From contig NC_068982.1 of assembly GCF_001194135.2 (NCBI RefSeq), positions 144,535,146 to 144,571,292 of the forward strand: DNA of 36,147 nucleotides. The letters run 5' to 3'. Of this stretch, positions 21,966 to 32,004 are shown in pieces. The position numbers were made by a program, and so were the translations under genes. The DNA comes from Octopus bimaculoides (taxonomy: Eukaryota). The notes under the pieces are model-generated. The model saw only the letters and a program-made list of their open reading frames with translations. It ran no database searches and had not been told where the DNA came from. Within the stretch, counting starts at the first letter, position 1. The number at the start of each line of letters is the position of its first letter.

Positions 21966-22463
21966 TACTTGGGTTTATTCTTTTCTTCCTCTCTACTTAT
22001 TTTGAGGAATAGAGGCATGAAGGATTTTGAATTGCAAAGCAGCATATCAATGGGAATCAGGCCATCAATGGGGGAAATGCTTCTGGAGTGAGAGCAACAC
22101 ACTTAACATCACTGATGTCAAAAAGAAGTTGTTGAAACTCAAGAAGTTTCTAAATGAGACTACACAGCAAAGAGGATGAGTGTGGAATAGAGGGGAATAA
22201 AGAGATGGGAAAGAGTGCGGAAGGGAGGGAGAGATAGGGAAGGAGGGGGAGAGATTGAGAGAGAGAGACAGAGACAGACAGACAGACAGACAGACAGGAA
22301 AATAGACAGACATTCAGAGAGGATTCTGAGTAGATCCAATAGAGGGAACCAGCTTTTGAAACATTTCTATAGTTTAAAGTAGGACAAGTGATAGCCACTT
22401 GTCAATTATTAGCACAAAAGGGTCATTGTCAGTTATGATAAGGGCAAAGGAGAGACTCTAGAA

Positions 22464-22649
22464 CAGTGCTCTGCAACCTTTTTTCATTCGCGGTACACTT
22501 ATATTCTTTTCAAAATTCAGCGGCACACCTGAGCTAAAAATATAACTAAAAGTATGGGGGAAAAAATTATATTCAGGTTACACTGCAGCACACTTAGCAC
22601 TGTCTCATGACACACCAGTGTGCCATGGTATACCAATTGTGGAGCACTA
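22464..22649. mobile_element. hAT-type MITE (Charlie/Buster-like)
   Basis: Perfect 8-bp TSD CTCTAGAA (22456-22463 and 22650-22657). TIRs are CAGTGCTCTGCAA and the reverse complement of TTGTGGAGCACTA. Confidence 0.9.
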
Positions 22650-22709
22650 CTCTAGAATGAAGTAACTACAGAAGTGTATTGAATTGATGTACCAAGTTGA
22701 AAGTAAGAG

Positions 22710-23115
22710 AGAGAGTTAAAGTATAACTAGTTAGGAACAAAATTAGCTTAGACAAGGTGCAGTTCAGGCTTGTGTTAAGAAGTGCTACCACCTTCTAGTG
22801 AGAAAACTACAGAAGTAACTGAGCCAAAAGCAAGTAATTATACCTAGTACTCGACCTAAAGAAGACCTTTGATTGAGGTCCATGCTGTACAGTTTGATGT
22901 TTGCTAAGAAAATTAGGTGTAGAGGAATGGCTTGTGCGATTTGTGCAAACCAAAAGCAGATATTGTCAATAAGTTGAGAGTTAGCAATAAGTTTAGTGAG
23001 GAATTTGACATGAAGATAAGTGCCTATAAAAACTTGGTTCTCAGCTGCTTTTTGTTTAATATCGTTCTCAAGGCCATAAAACAGGAATTTATGACCATTT
23101 ATGCAGGATTGAAAT
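22710..23115 (+). pseudogene. Decayed RTE reverse transcriptase fragment
   Basis: Frameshifted remnants ISLDKVQFRLV, LYLVLDLKKTFD, RKLGVEEWLVRFVQ and LRVSNKFSEEF...LVLSCFLFNIVLKAIKQEF are collinear with the RT at 35894. Confidence 0.75.
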
Positions 23116-23342
23116 TGTGAAAGAATTAGAGGAGAAATTTCAAATTCAGAAGCTAAGGCCTTGAATTGAGAGGTTTTACTTAGCAGGATATAAGACAGGA
23201 CTTAACTGTCATCTGGCCATGTTCAATATGTAGAAAAAAATCAGATGATGAACCTGCTATAAACTATAGATACACAAACGGTGAAGTGGGATCACAAGCA
23301 AATTAACAGAGAAGGAAGACTTTATAAGTAGATGCACAGGCA

Positions 23343-23800
23343 CGGTGCTTGGTAAGAAGTTTGCTTTCCAACCACATGGTTCTGGGTTCAGTCTCACTGT
23401 GTGACACCTTGGGCAATTGATTTCTACAATAGCCTTGGACTGACCAAAGCCTTGTGAGCAGGTTTGGTAGATGGAAACTGAAATAAGCTCATCGTGTATG
23501 TGTGTGTGTGTGTGCAAGTGATCTGCCCACCTTAAAATTAAGATCCTAAAACCAAGGTGCCACATTAAAAGCATTGGTATGGGTGCTGGTGTAACATAGA
23601 AAGCACTGGTGATGGTGCCACATAAAAAGCACCCAGTATACTCTGTGGAGTGGTTGACATTAGGAAGGGCATTCAGCCATAGAAAGCAAGCCAAAATAGA
23701 CAATGGAGTCTGGTGTGGCTGCTGGCCTTGCCAGTTTCTCTCAAGCTGTCCAACCCATGCCAGCATGGAAAGCAGATTTTAGATATCGATGATGTTGTTG
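23343..23800 (+). mobile_element. Composite SINE: family A head + (TG)n + RTE-type tail B
   Basis: Head GTGCTTGGTAAGAAG...GGAAACTGAAATAAG, then AAAAAGCACCCAG..GGAGTGGTTGACATTAGGAAGGGC...CCAACCCATGCCAGCATGGAAAG. Confidence 0.7.
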
Positions 23801-23816
23801 TTGTTGTTGTTGCTGT

Positions 23817-23864
<48 letters not shown>

Positions 23865-23931
23865 CGACGACGACTACGACGATGATGATGATGATGATGA
23901 TGATGGTAGTGGTGGTGATGATTATGATGAT
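23790..23931. repeat. (GTT)n-(GAT/GAC)n microsatellite at tail of retro-element
   Basis: Seen directly, immediately 3' of the B-type tail at 23760-23790. Confidence 0.95.
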
Positions 23932-24107
23932 TAACTGAATTAACAGTGGTGGAGTGTGTTCTTCATAGGAAGAGGTTGAAAAGTTTAGGGAGTTGCTACT
24001 TCTTCTGGCCACAAAGGACTTCTCACTGTGATCGAAAGATGAAGTGCATGACGCTTGTAAGTGAAATGTGATATTTAGTGGTATTTAATAGTAAAGATGA
24101 TCAAAAG

Positions 24108-24207
24108 CCCAATGTTCAAAGATCATGCTTCACCCAATGTTCAAAGATCATGCTTCACCCAATGTTCAAAGATCATGCTTCACCCAATGTTCAAAGATCA
24201 TGCTTCA
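24108..24207 (+). repeat. Perfect tandem repeat, 25 bp x 4 (CCCAATGTTCAAAGATCATGCTTCA)
   Basis: Four identical adjacent units start at 24108, 24133, 24158 and 24183, with no spacers. Confidence 0.95.
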
Positions 24208-24425
24208 CCATTTTGTCCCATATTTTCTTGTGTCTATCTCTTCTACAGACTCCCTCCAGAGTTAAAGATTGGCTCTTCTTTACACAGCTGTCTTCATCCA
24301 TACATATCACCAAACTAGTGCAGTTGTCTCTCATGCACACCACATCTGATGCCTCTTATGCCCAACTTTTCTCTCAAGACGCTCACACTCTGTAATACAT
24401 GCACACTGACATTGCACGTCCAGCA
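24108..24425 (-). pseudogene. RTE ORF2 C-terminal fragment ending in a 25-bp tandem repeat
   Basis: Minus translation WTCNVSVHVLQSVSVLREKLGIRGIRCGVHERQLH*...MDEDSCVKKSQSLTLEGVCRRDRHKKIWDKMVKHDL*TLG matches the RTE ORF2 tail seen at 17093 and 30040. Confidence 0.8.
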
Positions 24426-24469
24426 AGGCATACTAGTTTTATTTATTTCTAGCTTACGAAGCTTGTATA

Positions 24470-25356
24470 CAGGGTGGAGTGAATATATTGTTGTCTAAAT
24501 TACACAAAAATGGAAATAACACTGACATTTCATTTTAACAGATATATTTACCGAAATTACATAAAAATATTTTGGAATACTAAAGAGTAAATTTATTCAA
24601 TAAAATCGCCATTAGCTTCAACCACAGTTTCCAGACAACTTTGGAATCTCCTGCAACTCTTCTGGAAGGTCGCCTTGTTTAAATTTGTGAATGCTGCCAT
24701 AATCCATACCTTCAGTTCATCTTTGGTGTTACAAGGAGTTTTGTTGGTCTCTCACTCAACTGTACCCCACACATAATAATCAAAGGATTGCAGTCTGGGG
24801 AGTTAGGTGGCCAGATGTTAGGGGTGATGTGATCACAGAAATTGTCTGACAGTCATGACTCGGTTTTCCTACTTGTGTGGCATGGTGCAGAGTCCTGTTG
24901 CCAGATGTAGGATCTTCCAGCAGCCACCCTCTTGATCCAGGGCTACACTACCTCCTCCAAGCATTAGATGTAGGCCTTCGTGTTGAGTTTGAGGTCGTGT
25001 GGGAAGATGAATAGAGGCATAGTGTCGCCATCATTAGTGATTACTCCAAACATCTTGATGTTGATTGGATGTTTAACTTTTATCACTCTCAGTACATGTT
25101 CTGGGGACATGGCAAGCCAACGGTTGTTCTGTGAGTTCACCATCTGTTCATATTGGAGCTTCCAGTGCGAATGCCAAGCAGTACAGCATGTTGTTTCCAA
25201 ATTTCTGGCAGAGTGAATTGTGTCATGGTGCTGTTATTCTTACAGATGGTACCCAACTGACATTACTATACTCTGTAGTTGACAAAATCAAAAACAAACA
25301 AGGCACTTGCATGAAATTGAAAATATAAAATGGTGACAATTTACTCATCGCACCCT

Positions 25357-25357
<1 letters not shown>
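24470..25357 (-). mobile_element. Tc1/mariner superfamily, DD37D (maT-type) internally deleted transposon
   Basis: TA at both sides (24468-24469, 25358-25359) and imperfect TIRs starting CAGGGTG. Minus remnant MVNSQNNRWLA...WQQDSAPCHTSRKTES*LSDNFCDHITPNIWPPNSPDCNP-(1-nt deletion)-DYYVWG...VEANGDFIE* has 37 residues between the second and third Asp. Confidence 0.9.
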
Positions 25358-25401
<44 letters not shown>

Positions 25402-26025
25402 TAGATAGGAAGAAATAAAATTTATGTGTGTGTATTTCTATATGATAAATGTAAAAAAAGCAGATTTATTCCAGTATATTGCAGGGTGTGGTTCACAAAA
25501 GAGCAAACTAATTAACTACAATGAATCATTATTTATTCAGTAATGAGTGGAGCAAAATTACAAGTAATTAGATCTAATCTGCTACATTTAGGAATATCAG
25601 TGATTTTAAAGAAATAATTTAAATTAAGCATGTGGAATTTAGTGTTGAAATAGAAGCATTAAACAAAAAATACTTGCTAAGTTCATTGGCATATATATTG
25701 GGAATGTACAAAGTAAAGGCAATATGCTCACTAATATCATAAGGGAGCCTCTAATGATAGCCCAATTTTCTAGAAATTGCAGCCAAATCTTCCACAAAGT
25801 ATACCCCACCTTCTTAAAAGAGGACAGGACACATTAGATAATGTAGTTTAAAATACTATTAAAAAGAACTGGATGATCATGGTTGAAACATGTTTGATTA
25901 TAGATTGCTTCAAGCAGGCTTCATCAGGGTCTCAACTGTATGAAATAGTTATTTAATTATTTGGTTTTATTGTGAATATTAATCATTTATGGTAGATAAA
26001 TAGTAAATATATAATTTTCAACAAT

Positions 26026-26427
26026 AGTGGCAGTGTGGTAGAAAGCTTGCTTCCTGACCACATGGTTCTGAGTTCAGTCCCATTGTGTGACACCTTGGGT
26101 AAGTGTCTTCTACTATAGCCTCAGGCTGACCAAAGCCTTCTGGATTGTTTTGTTAGACAGAAACTGAAAGAAGCTTGTCATGTGTGTGTGTGTGTGTGTT
26201 TCTGTCTGTGTTTGTCCCCCACCACCACTTGGCAACCAGTGTTGGCCTGTTTATGTTCCCATAACTTAACAGTTTCATAAAAGAGAACAATAAAATAAGT
26301 ACCAGGCCTAAAAACAAAACAAAACAAATACTTGGGTTGATTCATCCAACTAACAATTCTTCAAGTTGATGCCTCAGCATGGTTACAGTCTAATGCAATG
26401 ACTGTAACAATTAAAAGATAAAAGATA
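26026..26427 (+). mobile_element. Family A SINE, older copy
   Basis: Diverged but collinear head, core, (TG)n hinge and AAAAGATAAAAGATA tail. Confidence 0.8.
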
Positions 26428-26657
26428 TAATATCATAAAGGTGCTTACTGTTTTACAGTACTAACATTAACTTTACACTTACTAAAGTTAGCTATGCTGT
26501 GGCATGAAGAGGAATGTTATGTGGTGAGAAAGTGCTATAGGATATCTGTATCATTATGACATAAAGTCAGGTAAAGAGCCAGCAGTATGTAGACTGTTAG
26601 CATAGGCTTGTTCCATAATTTGTACAAAAACAGGATTTTTCATTGTAATGGTCTTAG

Positions 26658-26794
26658 TTGTGAAATAGTATTTCTGTTGTTATAATCTTTGTTGTGAAAC
26701 AGTATTGCTATTGTTATGTTCTTTGTTGTGAAATAGCATTTCCCTTGTTATGTCTTTTGTTCTGAAAACAGTGTTACTGGCATTATGGTCTTAG
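26658..26794 (+). repeat. Degenerate 34-bp minisatellite, about 4 units
   Basis: TTGTGAAATAGTATTTCTGTTGTTATAATCTTTG-like units start at 26658, 26692, 26726 and 26760. Confidence 0.85.
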
Positions 26795-26837
26795 TAGGAA
26801 ATTAAAGATTATTCATGGATACAACAAGAAATGGTTA

Positions 26838-27242
26838 AGTGTGGCTGTGTGGTAAGAAGTTTGCTTCACAACTATATGGTTCCTGAGTTCAGTCCCACTG
26901 TGTGGCACTTTTTGCAAATGTTGTCTACTACAGCCATAGGTCAAGAAAAAACCCTTGTAAGTGAATTTGGTAGTTGGAAGAAGTCCATTGTATATACATG
27001 TGTGTGTGTAACTTTGTGTTTGTGTTTCCACCACCCCCATCATGGCTTGACAACCAGCGTTGGTGTGTTTATGTCCCCATAACTTCACAGTTCAGCATAA
27101 GAGACCAATAGAATAAGTACTAGGCTTATAAAAATAAAAAACAAAGCCCTGGGACTGATTTGTTTAACTAAAAAACACCTTCAAGGCAGTGCTCTAGCAT
27201 GGCCACAGTCAAATGACCGAAACAAGTAAAAGATAAAAGATA
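26838..27242 (+). mobile_element. Family A SINE, older copy
   Basis: GTGGCTGTGTGGTAAGAAG head through AAACAAGTAAAAGATAAAAGA tail. Confidence 0.85.
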
Positions 27243-27251
27243 TAGTGATTG

Positions 27252-27414
27252 TCTTTTATCTTTTACTTGTTTCAGTCATTGGACTGCAGCCATCCTGGAG
27301 CACCACTTTGAAGATTTAGCCAGACAACTCAACCCCAGTATTTATTTTTAAGCTTGATACATATGTTTTGGTCTCTTTTTTATTGGTCTCTTTCCCCAAA
27401 ATTATTAAGTTACA
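27252..27414 (-). mobile_element. Family A SINE 3' half, tail-to-tail with 26838-27242
   Basis: TCTTTTATCTTTTACTTGTTTCAGTCATTGGACTGCAGCCAT is the reverse complement of the family A tail. Confidence 0.8.
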
Positions 27415-27416
27415 GT

Positions 27417-27726
27417 GGAGACGCAATGGTCCAGTGGTTAGAGCAGCAGACTCGTGGTCATGGGATCACAGTTTCGATTCCCAGTTTGGGCGTTGTGAGT
27501 GTTTATTGAGCTAAACACCTAAAGCTCCATGAGGTACCTGCAGAGGGTGGTGGTGAACCCTGCTGTACTCCTTCACCACAACTTTCTCTTACTCTTTCTT
27601 CTTGTTTCTGTTGTATCTGTATTTCAAAGGGCCAGCCTTGTCACATTCTGTGTCAAGCTGAATCTCCCCGAGAACTATGTTAAGGGTACATGTGTCTGTG
27701 GAGTGCTCAGCCACTTGCACGTTAAT
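27417..27726 (+). mobile_element. Second tRNA-derived SINE family
   Basis: A-box-like TGGTCCAGTGG (27427-27437) and B-box-like GTTTCGATTCC (27471-27481), followed by a non-tRNA body unrelated to family A. Confidence 0.65.
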
Positions 27727-27994
27727 ACTGGACTGGCTCCTGTTCAGGTGGCATGTAAAATACACCATTTTGAGCATGGCCGTTGCCAGTACCATGTGAC
27801 TGGTCGTCGTGCCGGTGGCACGTAAAAGCACCCACTACACTCTCAGAGTGGTTGGCGTTAGGAAGGGCATCCAGCTGTAGAAACTCTGCCAAATCAGATT
27901 GGAGCCTGGTGTAGCCATTTGGTTTGCCAGTCCTCAGTCAAATCATCCAACCCACGCTAGCATGGAAAGCGGACGTTAAACGATGATGATGATG

Positions 27995-27996
<2 letters not shown>
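27727..27996 (+). mobile_element. RTE-type 3' tail element (family B), young
   Basis: GGCACGTAAAAGCACCCACTACACTCTCAGAGTGGTTGGCGTTAGGAAGGGCATCCAGC...GCTAGCATGGAAAGCGGACGTTAAACGATGATGAT is near-identical to 29622-29968 and to the reverse complement of 5193-5494. Confidence 0.9.
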
Positions 27997-28023
<27 letters not shown>

Positions 28024-28026
<3 letters not shown>

Positions 28027-28239
28027 GAGGGGTGCTGACAAGTTACTGGCTTTGGGTAAAGGAAAATACAGGAGGATCAATTATGATTTTATCCAACATA
28101 TTCCCCACTCAGATTCATACACTTATTGCAGCAGTCCTTCAGCTTTTCTGAGCTCCTTAAAAGAATTCAGACAGTTGAACCTCCAACTAGGCCTTTTGCA
28201 GTACCCTTAAAGTCAAGAACTTTTCAGCATCCCCTCGTG
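28024..28239. mobile_element. mariner-type MITE, copy 2
   Basis: TATGAGGGGTGCTGACAAGTT ... AACTTTTCAGCATCCCCTCG, inserted at the end of a (TA)n run. Homologous to 2385-2591. Confidence 0.85.
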
Positions 28240-28574
28240 TATATATTAATTTTTTGTATATGTATATAAAAACATGGTAATTTGCCAACAAAATTTAAAT
28301 ACCATGTATAATAATTTAATTTACAGTTGTATGTGGCACATACAACAAATGATAAATATATGGTGCAAGTTTCTCTTCAGTTCCATTTTCTTCTTTAGTT
28401 GCTACTGACCAAAGTGTTTTGAATTGTTCTTTGTTTAGTTGTTCTCTTCCAGGCTATGCTTTACAGGATTGGGTGTTTTGCAATGTCGAGTAAATGAAGA
28501 TTCACAAACACTCAATTAATCATTATCATATTTTCTAAACAACTGCAAATAAAACTGATAGAAGTGTTAAGTAG

Positions 28575-29275
28575 AGGAATATATATAATTGAAATAAGAA
28601 TTAGCAGTAATTAGCAAGCATAGAAGTGTATTAACAAAGCTAAAATGCTATTGGTAATTCAACAATGCTTAATACTATTGAGAGATACAAAGCTTTATAA
28701 AGAACAATGACAAAGTGTTATTTCATCATCAAATTTTGAAGCAACAAGAAACAGAAGCGCTGCAAGGATTTGAAATGGGACATGTTTAGTTAATAAAAAA
28801 TGAATTCCTATAAGTTAAATGGCCACCAAAATGAAGTATGTCAAGCTGTTTGCAAAAATCTAACTAAAAAGATAAATAAATAATTGGGGATCATTGAAGA
28901 GGAAAGTAATGAAATGCATTCTGGAAGTTCTGGGTAGTTCAACATGTTTATAATATTTTGTAGAATCCATAATGTTATGGCAGTAGGTTGTAAGCACAGA
29001 TGATAGAAGGGCATCTATATATCCCACTGAATTTTTTTTTAAATCATTGAAAATAGTGGTTATGTTAATGAAAAAAATATCTATTGACAAAAAGGGATTG
29101 TTTTAGAAATCGGTACCTAATAAAATTTACTTAATGAAGAAAGGAAAATTGCATCTTTAGTTCAAAGTGGCTAATGATTGTCTAACACTTTTATTGGGTA
29201 GAATTGCTACAGGTGATTTAAAATAAAAACCCATGTTAATTTATTGATCAGAAAAACTGCATGTCTTAAAAGATT
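28575..29275 (+). pseudogene. pogo/Tigger-type transposase fossil (DDE_1 region)
   Basis: STDDRRASIYPTEF, KIIENSGY and IDKKGLF*KSVPNKIYLMKKGKLHL*FKVANDCLTLLLGRIATGDLK*KPMLIY*SEK parallel the Tigger DETGLFWK.MP.RT...GFK..KDRLTLLLG.NA.GD.K.KP.LIY.SE motif. Confidence 0.75.
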
Positions 29276-29621
29276 CCACTATAATCTCCCACCAGTATTG
29301 TAAATACATTAGAAGAGCTTTAGAATAGTTTTTGTCCTGAAACTAAATAATATTAAAAACCAACAAATTTAGATTTTTAAAAGTTTTTTTACTTTGCACA
29401 ATGCTCAGGGTCACTGAACTGCATCTAGTGACTTCTGTTGAAATGTTAAGGGTTTGTATTTATCAAAAAATATGATATCCTTGTCATAGTTTATGGGCCA
29501 GAAGATGAGAGAAACACTCAAGATATACTAATTAAACTTTTGCCAAGACTATTGAAAAATCAACAGAAGAAAATGTAATTAATCATATGAAGAATTTTAA
29601 GATAAGGAATACATTCATCAG

Positions 29622-29968
29622 CATTGTGCCCAGCATCACCTTTCTGGCACTTGTGCCCGCGGCATGTGTAAGGACTTTCAAGTGAGATCGTTGCCAGTGC
29701 CCCTGGACTGGCTCTTGTGCGGGTGGCACGTAAAATACACCATTTTGAGCGTGGCCGTTACCAGTACCGCCTGACTGGCCTTCGTGCTGGTGGCACGTAA
29801 AAGCACCCACTACACTCTCTGAGTGGTTGGCGTTAGGAAGGGCATCCAGCTGTAGAAACTCTGCCAAATCAGATTGGAGCCTGGTGTAGCCATCTGGTTT
29901 CACCAGTCCTCAGTCAAATCGTCCAACCCATGCTAGCATGGAAAGCAGATGTTAAACGATGATGATGA
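29622..29968 (+). mobile_element. Family B element, young
   Basis: Same sequence as 27727-27996, extended further 5', with a (GAT)n tail. Confidence 0.9.
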
Positions 29969-30034
29969 GGAGGAGGAGGATGTGATGTAACAGACTGCTA
30001 CAACTGGGAGCGGTTTGGAAAAATATAATCCCTC

Positions 30035-30325
30035 ACTGGCATGACCATATGATGTGTATGAATGAAGACAGCTGTGTAAAGAATTGCTGATCTCTGTGGA
30101 GGGAATCTGTGGAAGAGATAGATCCAGGAAGACATGGGACAAGGTGGTGAAGCATGATCTTCAAATGTTGGGTTTAACGGGGTGAGGACCTTTGGTGATA
30201 TGCTGTGCTTGAGAAGACTTGTCAAGTTAAGTGAAATCATAGTTGTGGTTGTTGCCAGTAGTATGATCTTTAAATGTTGGGCCTCACAGAGGTGATGACA
30301 AGTAACCAAGACCTTTGGTGATATA
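30035..30325 (+). pseudogene. RTE ORF2 C-terminal fragment with internal re-duplication
   Basis: WHDHMMCMNEDSCVKNC*...VEGICGRDRSRKTWDKVVKHDLQMLGL...CAVLEKTCQVK*, followed by a second start at TATGATCTTTAAATGTTGGGCCTCACAGAGG (about 30262). Confidence 0.8.
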
Positions 30326-30636
30326 CCAACCAAAAGATTGGCTATTTGTGACACCAATTTCTGAGTAGACTCTGAGATTCTATGTATATTGCTGATGGGA
30401 GAATCACTATCTTTAATCATGGGTGTTTACCATTGGCAAGGCCAAGGAAGCCCAAGATCTGGCAGTTTTGGCAGTGATAGAGAATGATTATCTCCTGCTA
30501 GCGATATAAACATGAGTGCTCATATGCACCACAAATCCATGTGAGAGGTTCTCTCATGGCAGATAATGCAGTATTCAGTGTTCTAATACAAAATCTACTT
30601 TTAAGTGGGGATAAATATTTCTTATTATTTTCATAT

Positions 30637-30959
30637 AGGCATAGGAGTGGCTGTGCGGTAAGTAGCTTGCTTATGAACTGCATGGTTCCGGGTTCAGTCC
30701 CATTGTGTGGCACCTTAGGCAAGTGTCTTCTACTATAGCCTCGGGCCGACCAAAACCTTGTGAGTGGATTTGGTAGACGGAAACTGAAAGAAGCCCGTCG
30801 TATGTATGTGTATATANNNNNNNNNNNNNNNNNNNNNNNNNNNNNNNNNNNNNNNNNNNNNNNNNNNNNNNNNNNNNNNNNNNNNNNNNNNNNNNNNNNN
30901 NNNNNNNNNNNNNNNNNNNNNNNNNNNNNNNNNNNNNNNNNNNNNNNNNNNNNNNNNNN

Positions 30960-30998
<39 letters not shown>

Positions 30999-31214
30999 AT
31001 ATGTTTGTCTGTCTGCGTTTGTCCGCCCAACATCGCTTGACAACCGATGTTGGTGTGTTTATGTCCCTGTAACTTAGCGGTTCAGCAAAAGAGACCGATA
31101 GAATAAGTACTAGGCTTACAAAGAATAAGTCCTGGGGTCGATTTGCTCGACTAAAGGTGGTGCTCTAGCATGGCCACAGTCAAATGACTGAAACAAGTAA
31201 AAGAGTAAAAGAGT
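30637..31214 (+). mobile_element. Family A SINE, young copy (N-gap at internal microsatellite)
   Basis: AGGCATAGGAGTGGCTGTGCGGTAAG head, CCTTAGGCAAGTG core, tail ending AAACAAGTAAAAGAGTAAAAGAG. Confidence 0.9.
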
Positions 31215-31935
31215 AATATTTTCTAAAATATGAGATATTTTAGAATTTAAAATCTAGACATCAGTTGGCAATTTTTAAATGTATATACATATTCAAATAA
31301 TATAGCGGTTTTACAATAAGCAAGTATCTGTATATGTACATAAATGTAGAAATCACCAATTTATGTGTAGACTTAAAATTTTGAAATTTATATACATTCA
31401 TCATACATACATACATACATATGCATGTACTGTACATGCATGCACATACATATATATGTGCACCTACTCACTATCCTGCAAATATACATAAAATATATGT
31501 ATATGTGCATGTGTGTATGTGTGTGCCTATATATATGCATATATATGTGTGTGTGTGTACACACACACACACACACATACAAATACACACACAAGAACCA
31601 GTTTGACATACAAAAGAGATTAATGTCTTTTGATGTGTGAGCCTGTTTTTTATTTCTTTTCTTTGTTATGTTTTATGTCTTTGACTCTGTCTGTCTTATG
31701 CCATTATATCTTATGTCATTCTGTTCCAAGTTACCGACATAATGGACTGATGGAACTGAACGAAACTATGGTTCATTGTATGTATTTGCTGTTGATCTGA
31801 CATAAATTACCACACAAATACACGCACACATACACAGACACATGCACACGAGTGAATATATTTTATTGCACAAATATGTCTGTATTTATATATAATATGT
31901 ATATATATGCATACATACATGTGTGTGCATGTGTA

Positions 31936-31970
<35 letters not shown>

Positions 31971-32004
31971 GCTCTGATCTTTGTTACTTGTGAGTATGCC
32001 CTAG

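Noticed and set aside
22020-22200. Possible second CR1/L2-like 3' fragment on the minus strand
   Set aside because: Only vague similarity (HPLCCV, SLTPEAFP); too decayed to call by eye.
24108-24207. CRISPR-like direct repeats
   Set aside because: Units are contiguous with no spacers, derive from RTE coding sequence, and the DNA is eukaryotic with no cas genes.
27417-27490. tRNA gene
   Set aside because: A/B boxes are present but I could not fold a full cloverleaf, and it continues into a repeat body, so it is a SINE head.
29895-29915. CUGAGGA-CUGGU-GAAA on the minus strand of family B elements
   Set aside because: The 5-nt linker cannot form stem II, and CUGGU pairs with the following ACCAG as an ordinary hairpin instead.
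31741-31787. Hammerhead-like CUGAUGG...GAAA-CUAUGGUUCAUUG-UA
   Set aside because: A9 is replaced, stem II cannot form and stem I is poor; only stem III and GUA fit.
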